Of a stretch of 64,000 bases of DNA, positions 13,301-26,091 are shown piece by piece. Made by a program: the position numbers and the translations under genes. The stretch is from Tubulanus polymorphus (lineage: Eukaryota; Animalia; Nemertea), in NCBI RefSeq assembly GCF_964204645.1, contig NC_134030.1:7048778-7112777 (forward strand), given 5' to 3'. The number at the start of each line of letters is the position of its first letter. Position 1 is the stretch's first letter. The notes beneath the pieces were generated by a model. It searched no databases, had not been told where the DNA came from, and was given only the letters and a program-made list of their open reading frames with translations.

Positions 13301-13914
13301 GCTAAACCCTGTTACAATGAACTTCAGGCACCAGTTGCTCAAAAGTTGGTTACAGTTAACCAGTGGATAGTTAGTTGACATAGTGACAATTAAAAGTTCC
13401 TCGTTACTATGGCATTTATCTGGGGCCAGTTGCTCAAAAGTTGTTTAGAGTTAACCAGTGGATAGTTAGTTGATATAGTGACAATTAAAAGTTCATTGTT
13501 ACTATGGTATTTATATGCCGGTTATCTTCAACCAACCACTGAGCAACTGGCCCCTGATGATGGTTATCTTTAACCAATTTTTGAGCAACTGGCTCCAGGG
13601 GACCAGAAAATCTGTTTGTTACAACTGCTTGTTCGCTGTATCCTGTAAGAAGTTGTCGTACCTAGGTCGAAGCGCTAAAATCCGTTATATCTGAGTTTGT
13701 CATAATCACTGCTGTACGTTTAATGTGTGTAATCAGATTATTGATGCTTTGTATTACGGTACCTGCTGTTAATTTTCATTTTAGGTTTCATGCCGAGTTC
13801 CGCGGTTCACTGGTCGAGATATCGTTCCAATCGGGGATGAAGGAACTGAACCTGCAGCCGGGATTCTACAAACTCGTACGCAAAAGCCACCGTTTTGAAA
13901 TCATGGAGCCCTGA
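1386..13914 (+). CDS. MYO1B: Unconventional myosin class I (Myo1a/Myo1b type), multi-exon
   Basis: Spliced exons start at 1386-1514 ([24 protein letters not shown]...) and 3005-3120. They carry the P-loop GESGSGKT (3474-3568), [38 protein letters not shown], a 14-nt YLLEK micro-exon (5243-5256), switch II DIYGFE (~8216) and [11 protein letters not shown]. Several IQ motifs (11333-12015) and a basic TH1-type tail follow, ending at TGA 13914. The N-terminus and motor resemble vertebrate MYO1B as I recall it. Confidence 0.93.
2148..2240. mobile_element. Degenerate palindromic MITE (family B; related copies at 8295-8399 and 33596-33697)
   Basis: The ends ggcccagttttctagattgg ... ccaatctataaaaccggttcc are inverted repeats, and the core gctaactcaattga is shared with the 33596 copy. 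Confidence 0.6.
3648..3800 (-). mobile_element. 3' end fragment of an L2/CR1-group LINE in a myosin intron
   Basis: The minus strand encodes [19 protein letters not shown], a typical L2-type ORF2 C-terminus. It is followed by an agcgcc...ggcgct stem-loop and a (TCCTA)n microsatellite tail. Confidence 0.7.
6226..6420 (-). mobile_element. tRNA-derived SINE, copy 1
   Basis: It aligns by eye over ~195 bp with 39711-39907. The minus strand has the Pol III A-box TAGCTCAGTTGG; the B-box is partly deleted in this copy. Confidence 0.8.
8295..8399. mobile_element. Palindromic MITE (family B)
   Basis: Inverted ends ggaccggtttatagac ... gtctatgaacttgggccc; similar to 33596-33697. Confidence 0.6.
10697..10974. 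mobile_element. Degenerate MITE with a second related MITE inside it (~10811-10903)
   Basis: Outer arms cagttccatc...tttgactc and gagtcaaa...ggtggaattgg. Inner arms ggaatctagttccacag and ctgttgaaccggatcc, flanked by CTG/CAG. Confidence 0.5.
13328..13595. mobile_element. PIF/Harbinger-type MITE (family A) with a second copy of the same family nested at 13423-13553
   Basis: The inner element gggccagttgctc...gagcaactggccc is flanked by a CTG/CTG duplication. The outer element gcaccagttgctc...gagcaactggctc is flanked by CAG/CAG. GGGCC termini with CWG target duplications are known Harbinger features. Confidence 0.85.
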
Positions 13915-16900
13915 GATTTTTTGCCGGCTCCCGCACTCGGTGGCAGAGATGTTTTTTCGTGTGGTTCAGCGTGGTATTCGTGTCTTACCTTGTCTGTCTC
14001 CAGGTGCTACTACTACTATTATGTATTCACATGTATTTTGATCGAAGAGCAGCAAGCTAAGAAGATTGTGATCTTGATATTGTAACCGATTGCTACTTAA
14101 GGTTGATTAGGATAGATCGTGAGAAGTGCTTAATAAGAATAGCGATGTATGAAGATTATTTAGCTGACATTGATTTTGAATAGATGATCTCTTAGTTAGA
14201 TTATACTGATTCAGTTTACGGTTTAGCTGACGATCGCTTAATTGAAAATAGTATAGAGCAAAAATCGACAAAAGATTGAGATTGAGAAAAGAGAAATAGA
14301 TCGGAAATCGATTTAGATTTAGAAGCGTCGATTTTTCGTTTGCATAGTTTTCGAAGAAGCCGAAAATCAGCGGTAGAGCTTTAACTACTTTAACGTCGCA
14401 ACGCTTATTTTATTGATCATGATATTGGTAAAATGCTTGTAATAATTGTAGTAAAATCACGATGAAACAGGGTAATTTCATACGCAGTACTGATCGGGAC
14501 CCAGTTTACAAGACATTTTGATAAAACCTATAATAGTATGTATCACCGATATGATGGGTGTAATGGATACACAACTATGAAAATATAGCCACTAAAATGA
14601 AAAAGATAGCTTGATTGAAGTTTGCCAATTTAATTCGATATGTTTATTAATCGTCAGTCTATCGATGTATTTACCTAATGATGTGCTATTTTAGTTGATG
14701 GTGTATTGATTTGTTTATTTATGTTATTGTAGCTATTACAAAACATATGATACGTAAAATTGCTTTATTATGATTATATTATTATTGTAAACATTCCTTT
14801 GTTTTCCTTTTGTGTGAGTGAAAATTTGCCTTAGAAATTGTTAAGTAGCTAGCGTTTTGCAGGTAGACGATCGGATATATTTTTGCATTTTTTGCATTCG
14901 GGTATTTTTGGACCGTGAAACTCTGTTGTTTTAAATGATACCAGAGTTCGGTGATGTACACACCTAGAGTTTGGACAATATATCTCTTCAACAATATATC
15001 TCATATACTAGTTGATCAGATCACTCGTGGTTGGTAGAGTCTGCCCTATATTATCCCACTGGGGCCAGAACTCAAAAGTTGGTAAACCTTTTAACCAAAT
15101 TTGAAGCTTCTGGTTTCTGGTAGTTTGCTCAGGCGGGTTTCGATTGAACATATACCGGCTTAACAATACATATTCCGGATTACAAACTCTCCCGGTCGCC
15201 TCTAGCAGGTTCACAGATTATGCTATTCCAGAATAGGTAGAGCGTGTTGTGGTCGAAACGAACGCGCCGGAAAAGAATCGGTAAAAACCAATCGAAACCT
15301 GCCTAAAAATAGTACATAGTACGTATCTAATCTCCCAATTTTTTAAAACGATTGTGTATAAGGTACTTAAAAATAATGGAATTGACTTGATTTTGCCTTT
15401 CTACTTAAGGCTACGGAACTAGAAGTAGCAAAACAGAAAATGAAGTATTCTAGGGGAAAATATTTTTGTCAGGTTTTTATAAGCGTTTCACCCGTTATTC
15501 TATGCACTTTTCCTCGACACACACACATGGCATTATATTCTATATACATACTTGTATGGCATATAATATATAATATATGATATAAATGTATATGTATTCA
15601 ATTTAATCATACGTGCCAACCATGACAACATTATAGATTAACCACTTGAAACGTACCCGCGTGTCATGCTAATTAAGTGTACTTATCAATTGTAGTGTAT
15701 TTACTGCCTGGTATGGATTGGGTTTTAAACGATTTGCTAGAATCATGTTTGAAAATTGCATTTCGAAGTAGATCTTTAAAGAAATGTTTTTTGTATGCCT
15801 ATTAACTTGCCTTCGTATTTTCGGTTTAGGGATAATAATTTCTTACAGAAAAAAAAATGTTTTTGACGAACTGATAGAATATTGGTGCTTGTAGATCTAG
15901 AGCTAGGTATTTTGCCTACCGGAGTTATATTGCGACTCGGTGGTGATATTCTTTCGTGCAAATGATCGATCTACATTATGTACATATATATAATTCTACG
16001 ATAATTGCAAATTGAAATTTTCTCTCCCTTGAAAATCGTACTCATATTTTTGCTCATATATATACTTGAATATCGGGTTGTCAGGAATTTCTGTCGAGTA
16101 ATTTTTTCATCGATTTTTGGAGAAGTAAGAAAACGAGGTTTTTGATTAGTGTACGATTTAGAATGTTTTCTGTGTATCGAATAAACTCTACCTTCCTTTC
16201 AAATATGTATCTTTTTTATTCGTGTTTTTAGCTTCTAGGGACCTAACTACCCCAGCGTGCTATTGCGTTCGCTCTTGTCGTCTGTCATAGCGTTCGGAAT
16301 CCTCCAGTTAATGAGTTTCGGCACCAGGTTTTACGAGTACATGTATACTAACGTCTTAATCCCCGGGTTCACATACTCAGGACGTCCACTACGTGCAGAG
16401 GCATGCAGTTACTTGTGAAACTGCTTCTACGCGTCACGGAAAGTACTGCAGTGTACTGACGTCACGTCAAAAGGCCATACACACGTCATACGTTCGCGTT
16501 CTCTCGTAAAACACTGTGCCGAAACTATTTTGGGAGCATTTGAAGACGCTTCAATGGATTGCCTTGATATTTTAGCTTATACGTATCTATCCTAGACATC
16601 TGCAAGTTTTAACGAATAGTCTGATATTTGATATGTTAGAGGACATATATGTTTCTCCTATCAGCGAATTGGGGTACCCAGTTTTTTTCCGTATGATCGT
16701 GTCAAGCTCAGTGATTACTGCATTCGTTCATTAAAGGGGTATTGAAAATTTAAATTATCAGATTGTCAAGTATTTCACCAAGTGGGTATGGTGTCTTTGG
16801 ACCCCTAGTTTAATAACGACAGAAATATCAGACAGTGAAGACATTCGCATGAGCGCAGCCCACTTCCTTGTATTCAGACCTAGTTTTTTGCCGCCGAAAT

Positions 16901-18333
16901 CCAATCAAGATGATTTTACTCGTCGACGGAAACCAAAACATTCCTCGAGTGATTTGCTCAGAATTTGTGATTGAAACAACTTCCCAGCCCCGTTATCGCC
17001 GGGGGATCTCATTTAAAGACATTCACCGCAGATTCGCCGTTGGAAATCAAATCCTATTGCGGTGACGACATTTTTAACTGTTACTCGCGATGTTCTTATC
17101 GGAATAACATGTCTTCATTTGGGACCGACCGCGTGACGTGTCGTCTTTAGCGGAATCGTCTGGAGAAATCACGATCTGAACCTCAGTATGCCGACAACGA
17201 TACGAAAGTGCAGTTACGATGAATATTAAACGCGGTAGATCATTCAATTCGTTTCGTTCATTAATCGTCGAACTTTCATTACGTATTTAATGCATTTTGC
17301 CCAGGTTTGATTTATTTTCAAACAAAATGCAAGCGTTCTAATAATCAACCGTGTCTCATAAATCAGATATAAGCGCCGAGTGCTTCAACTCACGGCGGTC
17401 CATAGACGAGAGATAGCGCATCGAAAGCTTAATAACAGCAGCTCCATGTTAAATCATTTAATAATACGAGATAATGGAAAAGTAATATCTTTCAATATTT
17501 GCACCATTCCATTTTCATATTTAAATTTGATATCACTGAGAAAAAGATTTATTTCATCCATAAATTGAGTTCTATGAAAAATCCCTGACTTGCATACCGC
17601 ACTATAACAAGCTCTATTCAACATATTACATGATTCAAATTTCTTCCAGACTTAAACGTAGTCCATTTTACATTATATCGACGAGAATATGATCAGGTGT
17701 GAATTTCTATGTAGTCAAGCCCCTTCAAAGGGGATGCGATATAAACTACAAATGGACATAAACCACATGTGGGCCTAAACCAAATCAGCATTTCTAGCCT
17801 ACGGTGCGGCCCCTAGATTTAATTTCGACTTTTTTTGTAACAAGAAATACATACATTATCTAGATGTGAATTAGACACTTTTGAATAAAACATATCTTAA
17901 CAGAAATTTCTTTCATTGGCAAATTGCGGACCTTTTCTTTCATCGGGCGAGGGGATGCGTTCCCACCCCTCCCTGGCAACGGGCTAGGTAATGAAAGAAG
18001 GAATATGTCGAAGAAATTTGCCTAATTCACACATTATATCAAATATCCAAAGCATAGGAATGTTAGTATGTTTATATTTTTATGTAGTAAAAATGTAATC
18101 TCAGTGAAGCTGTCGAAAGTAGCACTTCAATTTCAGAATTATCCTGAAAAGGCACAGCTCGACTGTTTACTTGTTACGAGTTTGACGAGAAGCACTAAGA
18201 TCGTATGTCTTTCTAATCGTTTCGTAAACGTTGCCAATGTCAATATAATTTCTCTTAAACTGAGAAATATAAAGCACTTGTCTGTGATCCAATATGTTCG
18301 TTAAATTTCAAAAACATATCATGTAACATCCAT

Positions 18334-18455
18334 GGGCCAGTTGCTCAAAAGTTGGTTAAGAGTTAACTAGTGGAAAAATGACAATCAAAGGTGCATTGTT
18401 AAAGTGGTATTTATCCGCCGGTTATGTTTGACCAATTTTTTTCAGCATCTGGCCC
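18334..18455. mobile_element. MITE family A, dispersed copy
   Basis: gggccagttgctcaaaagttggttaagagttaac ... cagcatctggccc matches the 13423-13553 element. A partial left end is also present at ~15061. Confidence 0.8.
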
Positions 18456-21400
18456 TATATTTCCAAAATGGCGTTCTTTATCCTCTAAAAGAAGTTTTGC
18501 ATATATATATATGTGTGGTATGTATACTCATGTTTTTGAAATGAGGGAAAACGTCTTCCGTTCAATCTTATAATGACCGTATAACACACACACACAAGAA
18601 GAAGAGCTCAATTTCATGTTGAGAAACATATTAACACCAAATCTGCGCAACTGCACTAGGTAATGTGTAGAATTTCATCACCAGTAGTGTGGTACTTACT
18701 CACCGACGAAAGTGAATATCAGCCGCGTTAAATCAGTACTGAGAGAGACAGATGCGACGACACTCGCGCGAGTCGCAATACACACATGATAGACCTCTGG
18801 CTAATCGTGACGGTGAATTCGATGGCGTGGATTTAAATGCGTTCCGTGCGCTCATAAGGTTCCAGTTTCTCGGAAAGCCGAGGCCTGTTGGCGCTACAAT
18901 TATCATTGGGAATCTGCCCGTGCTGTCTCTATAACAGAGTGGAATATGTGAAGTGTATTGACGTGCAAACGTTCAACAGCATCTCGTAAGTACTTGTAAG
19001 AAAATCTCAGTACGCAATACAATACAATATACATGAACTATCGCATTATGGATTCTATACGATTCCCACTTTCTGGCATGTGAAGTCGCTTGTTCAGCTA
19101 CCTATTCCTACTCTATGCCATCTCAAAGATGTTGTTCATAAGTGGAATAATGAAATACTTCCTCGATTCATATACGTAACTGTTCTTATCGAAAGAGGAA
19201 TCCCTCTTATTTATTTGATTGATCAATCAATTTCTATTTGAATTCTTTGTGCCTTACAAACCCAACACACTTGTCGGAAACGAAAGAAGGGGGTTTGATT
19301 TTGAAATGTGAAATCGAAATACAGATAGGCATACGTAACTGTTTTAGCCAGGGGATTCATTTTCATGTAGCTTACTCAAAAATAATTCGTTTCCAATCGT
19401 TAAACTGGCAGTTACTGTTTTACGATTGGAAAACGAAATAATTTTGATGACTGGCTATGTTAGGAATCTATAGTGGCGTTTTGAAACAAGGAATTGATTA
19501 CGTTTTCACGTTGAAAATGTCCCAGGCGATTATTGCTGATACACTGCGAGCATTGACTCTCGTGATTCACTTTCACTTCACCGGAGTTTCTCCATATTTA
19601 TGCTCGACGTTACAAAATTACCAATAAATTCACCAATAATATGTAGGCCTATATACGACATACTAATACACGTCTATTACATAGCGACCGTGGCAAGCGG
19701 ACTGTAACATCTGTATCTTTGTCTCGCGCTACTATCATTAATGAAAAGAGATGAAAAACTGATAACCACTGCGGTGATTTCCTTTTAGCGCATTCAACTA
19801 TATTCACGATCGAAGTTGATATTTGCCGTGTATATCTGTGGATTTAATATCGCGTGCGTGCGCAGTAGTTGTCATCTCTTTTTCAGTAAAACGTGATGAA
19901 ATTAGCAATACACGATTAATTTAGCGCGATGACAATTCCGGCACGAGTAGATAGATCGAAGATACGTTAAATCTGTAAATCTTTAAAATGGGTTATATCT
20001 ATGGTTGGATAATGGTTGATTATCAAGATTTCATTTCGGAAAGGTCGACTGATGGAACGCGATGCGAGCCTTGGGTCAGTATAATAAACTGTGTTTAGTT
20101 GCACAGTGTGGTGACTGGTAGTTATGAATTCAAATAAAGCTGGGCTTAGAATTAGACGGAACATCTGGTTTCTGGATATTGATTTTGGAATAGTTGAATT
20201 TGTTCATATTTCAACCACGTCAAATATTATTTTAACCGTGGAATTACCATGCGATGTGACAACGCGAAATATCTGAACCCTCTACTCAGACAATATGTCA
20301 TTATTACAGTTTTAAATCGCTTCTTTGTATATGCAGAATATTTGAGGCGTTGGTTAACTGATTGTCACTTAATCGATGGTCGCAACCTGCAGACCGCCTT
20401 CGAGTTTCCATTTTAATTACTTATTTTCTGGGAATCAATTTTTCAATTCAGTAGCGAAGAAGCTCTGTTGCTGCTCGCGTAAAATGTAACAATCTTCAAG
20501 AAGACGTTGCCCTCACGTTCCTGAAGGCAAAATATTAAAATTCATCGCAGTAAGCGTGGATAAACAAACTAACGACGAAAATCCATCAAATTAGTTTTAT
20601 TCTACGTGTCCCTTTGAGATAGAGATGAAAAGAATCGACATATATTCGAAAACGAAATAATTTCCCATTTGACTCTCACATTTGATAAATAATGTTAGTT
20701 TCGCAGCCGTGATATGATCAGGGAACCCCTTATGACCGATCTAATATTGCAAAAAAAAATTAGTTGTCAATATCGATATATTCTCTGCGGATGTATGAGA
20801 TGATGTGATGTAAAACCGTATAAGAGATCTCGCATAGTTTGTTGGGAACACGGTAATCAATCCATCAGTCAATCAATCGATCGATCATGCTGTAGGAGCA
20901 GATGCTGACGACACCTTTCTACGTTTACCCACCTTCGTTTTCGAGTGATTGCCCATATATTTATATGTAATCTGCCCAAAGCCCCAAGAGAGCGCACTTA
21001 GCTGTACCACGGAGGAGTCTTCTCCCACCGCCAGCAGATCCTGAGCAGGTGAAATTCGCTAGAAGTATTAGCTACCACATTTATTAAAGGGCATTCTTTT
21101 TTCATGTGCCAATTCGTCGTCGTCTATTTGGAGTAGCAGACCTTAGGCACACTAGGAAGTCGAATAATTATCAACTATGAACGTCGAACTAATACGCGAT
21201 TAAAATCATATATTCTGAAGCTGACAAGCCGACAAGAATCGTACACACAAATACATACGAGATTAATTGGTAGCCGCATAAATAGATTAGATATGCGACA
21301 TATGAGCGTATCGGGTAAAACGGTCGGTATTAGGTTCAAAAGACGCGTCGCATCATAAATTCAAACAGAGCGTTCAGTTCGGTAGCTGATGAGATCTAAT

Positions 21401-24400
21401 TTTGTCAGTTGGTAATCTGCCAAACGAAGGAAGACCAAATATTTATCTATGAAAGATATTGCTGCGTTTGCAGTTTATGACATCGTATAGAATCTTCCCA
21501 AACACCCGAACGAAACGAAAAACTGGATCGTTGTGCGGCGGCGTCAACTGTGCGCGAGATCAGATCAGCATGGTTCTTTCGCTCGACTCATACTACTGAT
21601 GTTTTGGTGTATGATGAGGACTTTCCATCACTACTTCATCCTGACGTTATTCATTTTTCGACGCCGTATGAAATCCATTAAAAAAATGTATTTATACATT
21701 GCAAACTTTTGCGTAGAGTGTGGTGATTCGATGAGCACAACGATGTCATTAATTTCCGTTTCAAAATATCAATTATATGCAACTATATGTATTTCGGCGT
21801 TTATTTTGTACTTGATTAAATCTAATGACTCTTATTTTCTAGTTCGTGAATTTTCATGTATTTTCTAGGATGAATTTTAGTAGCATTTTGGCGATTGTGC
21901 GGGTTGATGCGCAGCACGTCATCAACATCGGGTTAGACTGGTTGCCGGTCATTTCCATTGTCGATATATTCAAAATTCAAATATGACTTTACTGAACCTT
22001 AATGGTATCATTGTCGACAATATCAAGCAGTATGTGCGCATCTTATCTTTCGAGGCGTCAATAAAGTTCCAAGCTAGTTTTCTTGTTTTCACTTGTGCCG
22101 TTGCTTCTGCGTGCACCAACAGGTAAACAAACATACCTTGAACACATTTAATAATTTCTTCTTATGCCTCGAAGCATTGACCTCTTTCATCGAATTTCTC
22201 GCATCGCAGCGCAGAATATTTGCGCATCTCGACCAAACAAAATGAGTTGATAATTATTTATCTTCGGTAATCAGCAATTTCTCTATTCATCGCCCAGAGA
22301 CTACGAATCCACGAAGTTGTGCCTCCAAAATGATATGACCAGTATTTCCTTCCGTTCAGTAGCGAGCGCTGAAGGATATCTGAATTAATTTGCATTTACA
22401 TGCACCAGATGACGAAACAATCATCGCTCGATTGAGTTTGATTGTATGTATTTTCAATCGCTCAACGCAGGCGATGTTTTCTTCGTTTAACGGAGAATCT
22501 TTGTAAAAACTTGCTCAATTCTTCAAGTTAATTTCTTTGCGCTTCGTTGGTGATACGTGCATTTTCGGATTCCCCGTACACCCGCAGAATCTGCGCGGAC
22601 TACTACATTGAAATCCGTCGATTTTGCGCTGTTAAACAAATAATACCGTATTTGAAGGGACAATTTAATCATTAATCTAATGCAACAGATGGTAGCTAAA
22701 TATTGTAGAATTCATTCCAAGTTGTTACGTCCTGCAGGATGTTTAATCAAACGACTATACATCGAACGGTTACACGATCTACCCTTGACTTCAGCACTTC
22801 AGTTACTTCAATTAGTTAATTGAGTTAAAACCTCAAAGTTACAGTCAGTCGTTCCTTGAAAGTGGCCGCAGATAAGTGGCCGTATCTATAAAAGTCTATA
22901 AAACTGCGTGTTACAGTCTGTAGACGCCTATTGCAAATTCCGCGCAGAAATTCAATCTTATCGCAATTTCAAATGTTGCTACAGCGAATTTACATTTTGC
23001 TGCTTGCAATATGTCATCATATTTACAGGAAAACTTTGTTTAGCGCGAGTTGGAATGGTAATAGAACGCTAGTGATTATCTCCGTTTTCGTTTGCGTTCG
23101 GAGTTGTTTATTTATTTGGTCGATCAAGCGTAAAAACGCACCTGTCACCTGGTGGATTCGTTTTTAGAAGAAGTCATTTTTTAAAGATGATGCTAATATA
23201 CCCATATCTATATATGTAAATATCTAGATTTAACCGTCATTTTTGCTTTTTAAACATCGATTTACGCCTCAATGCATTATGTCGCTTAGCAAATCTAACA
23301 ATAGATTTGTTAAGGCGGAGAAACCTGATGCCAAGCTGATTTAATATGGCTGACAGGCAGCTATTTAACCGAAACTAAGCCGAAAGCTTACAGCAAATGA
23401 ATCGGAGCATCATCAAAATGCGGGTGCTTGGTTTACGGCCGACAGAAATGATTGGCTTTTATCGCGGGTAATCCACGCTTGATTTAACAGTGGGGGTTGT
23501 TTATTGACACCCATAACTGTATACGCCTCGGCGCAGGTAGCTGGTTCAGAGACCATCGATCACTATCGGACAGCAGCGGTCATTTCGCCTTCGATAAGCT
23601 GGCATTATATTGATCTAGAACTCGGCTCCGTCGATAACCTCGCACGGTGCCATTAGCTAGTTGGCTCTTTGACCAGCGCGTAATCCAATTCGCATGTATC
23701 GGGACAGCTGTAGCTGCGTTATGTCGACCGTGATTCAATTTAGTCCCCTGTACCATTAGGTCTATGATACGAACATATATTTCGGGAAAAAATTACGAAA
23801 TGGATTTTCCTTAATTGCTTGGGCTACGCATGTAAACTGGATTTATGGTTGTATCAAGTATCCGTAATTCAGCATGTCACCGTTTCCATTCTACGTATCA
23901 TAAGATCAACGCATATGGAAATAGTACGCCGCCATAAACTCCCATTGCGAATATTCGATGGAAAGAATAATCAAAATCGAGTAATGCAACTAATTCTGAA
24001 TTGATAACGTCAAAATATCCCAGATCCTCTAATGCGAACGTTCATATCGATAGTTAACACTCGCTTATCTCTAGTAATGAGCGTCCATCGATTTGGACAA
24101 CTATATGTATATGCTTGCTTTTGGGGTCAAATCGAAAACTAGATGCCTAAAGCGAAGATATCTTTTACATCACACTGGATGTTCCGTTCAATAATCGCGT
24201 TACATCGATATGAAGTATTTACCGGATAGGATGAAATCGCCATTGGAACGATGTTGTTTTTCGATACCCTGTAGCGGATGATTTTACCACAGTCAATCAC
24301 TGGAGATGTATATACGATCCTGTTTCGTATATAGGGCGGTTTGTTTTTGTACGCGCGCAGTCGACCGGTGGTAAACGATCGGCAACCCATCGGTTTGGAT

Positions 24401-26091
24401 CGTGCGATTGCATAAACCTTTCGGATATAAAGCTGGCATCAATCTTGATTAATTTACCTGCTAGCACACGATATAAGTGCAGCGGAGGAACGGTCGAAAT
24501 AAAAACCTTCAACTATCTATTATTGACTCTGCCGGCACTAGTCGCGCAAAAACCATTCATTTTGAAAAACACGTTATGTGCGACCTTGTTATACTCGATG
24601 GCGCGGAGCTTGGAATTTTTTCCGGCAGCAGTCGGAGGTCTGGGAGACTTACCCGGATAAACCAAAATTCAAGAAGCCCGTAAGCCTGAGGGCGTGAAAC
24701 AGCGGATTAAAATCACATCTCGTGCGTAAAAGATTTAGAGCCATTTCAATGATTACAGCACATTTTCTGTTGATGTTTACCACATCCCCCTAAACCCCCT
24801 GTCTCGCTCCCGGCAGATGTGGTGGGTTCGTAAGGGACATCAAATCAAAAAGTCAAACGAAATATACCAATCAAATGAATAACAGGATCAATCCCTATTC
24901 TAAGATCAATACCTTGTTAAATTGGTTCTAATCTTAATGAAGATGAAGTTATCTCATGTATTAATCTTGAGCAGATATTTTTTGTGTGTGTGAAGCGCCG
25001 TCGTTAATTTCATTATCATGAGTGAGTAATTCTCCTCTCACAGCTTCTTCGTTTAGGGGACATTTTCATATTCATCGCAGAAATTGCAGGGGAGCCAAGA
25101 GATGCTGTCATTTCCAGTCGATCAGTTTTCCCCTCGTGATTTTCACTGCTTGAAGGCATCTTTCATGTTTTGACGAAACGTTTAGTCCACGATCCGCCGC
25201 TGTGGCGATTATCACAGACCGTACTATGAATGCATTATCCAGATCTGTTTTTGTGGCTTATTTTTTTAGATAAAAATGCGACTTGTAAAGCAAAGATTAA
25301 CTTACTTCAACTCGTAAATAGTCTTCCAATATTTAGAATTAAACACAAATACTCAAATCAAATAAATAGTAATGGCAGATATAGATTGAGATCAAATTGA
25401 TATTAACTGCATCAGTATTTACACATTTCCCCCCGTCGTTTACCAGTATGATTGCTTCATATCTGAGAGTCAAGAACCATGCTTATTAACGCAGACGGAA
25501 TATTCTCCCGATCATTAGATAGGAGACTCTGCAAAGTTAAGTACTCTAACGCCTCTTCGACTGGAGACCAGACAATTGGGCACCTTCTCTATTGACCGTC
25601 GCTGTTGATGGAATGCTGAACAACACATCATTATAAGAAATTACGCATTTAGCGGACCGTCCTCCGCAATGCGTTGTTGATGGGTTCGAGCTATCTAATC
25701 ATATCGTTACTCATAATGCGCAACAGAAATTCATATGAAAACAGTCTAAAATGCGAATAAATATCAAAGGTCTAACTACGAGAGAATATTTTGTATTCCG
25801 AAGTTTTTTATTCACGGTTTTCAGCATAAAACGGAGAATATGCTTTCGTCATACGAGTTATTACGAAAATTACGTTGACCGATGCGGCTGACCGTCAAGT
25901 GACCTCTGCAATCGGTGAAATTAATTATTAGCGCCGATGATACACACGCATACCGCTATATGCTGTGGGTTACACGACAGAACCGATGCCTCCATTTAGC
26001 GAGACATCCCCTCCACAGTTCTAATGGCATTTTACCGTTCTTCGCGCTTCCTTTAATTAATTCCCGAAAGCCAATACTTGTATTTTTCAGA

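Noticed and set aside
21533-24683. Several 60-111 aa ORFs in the long non-coding region
   Set aside because: No recognisable motifs, mostly non-ATG starts and no coherent splice chain; consistent with chance ORFs.
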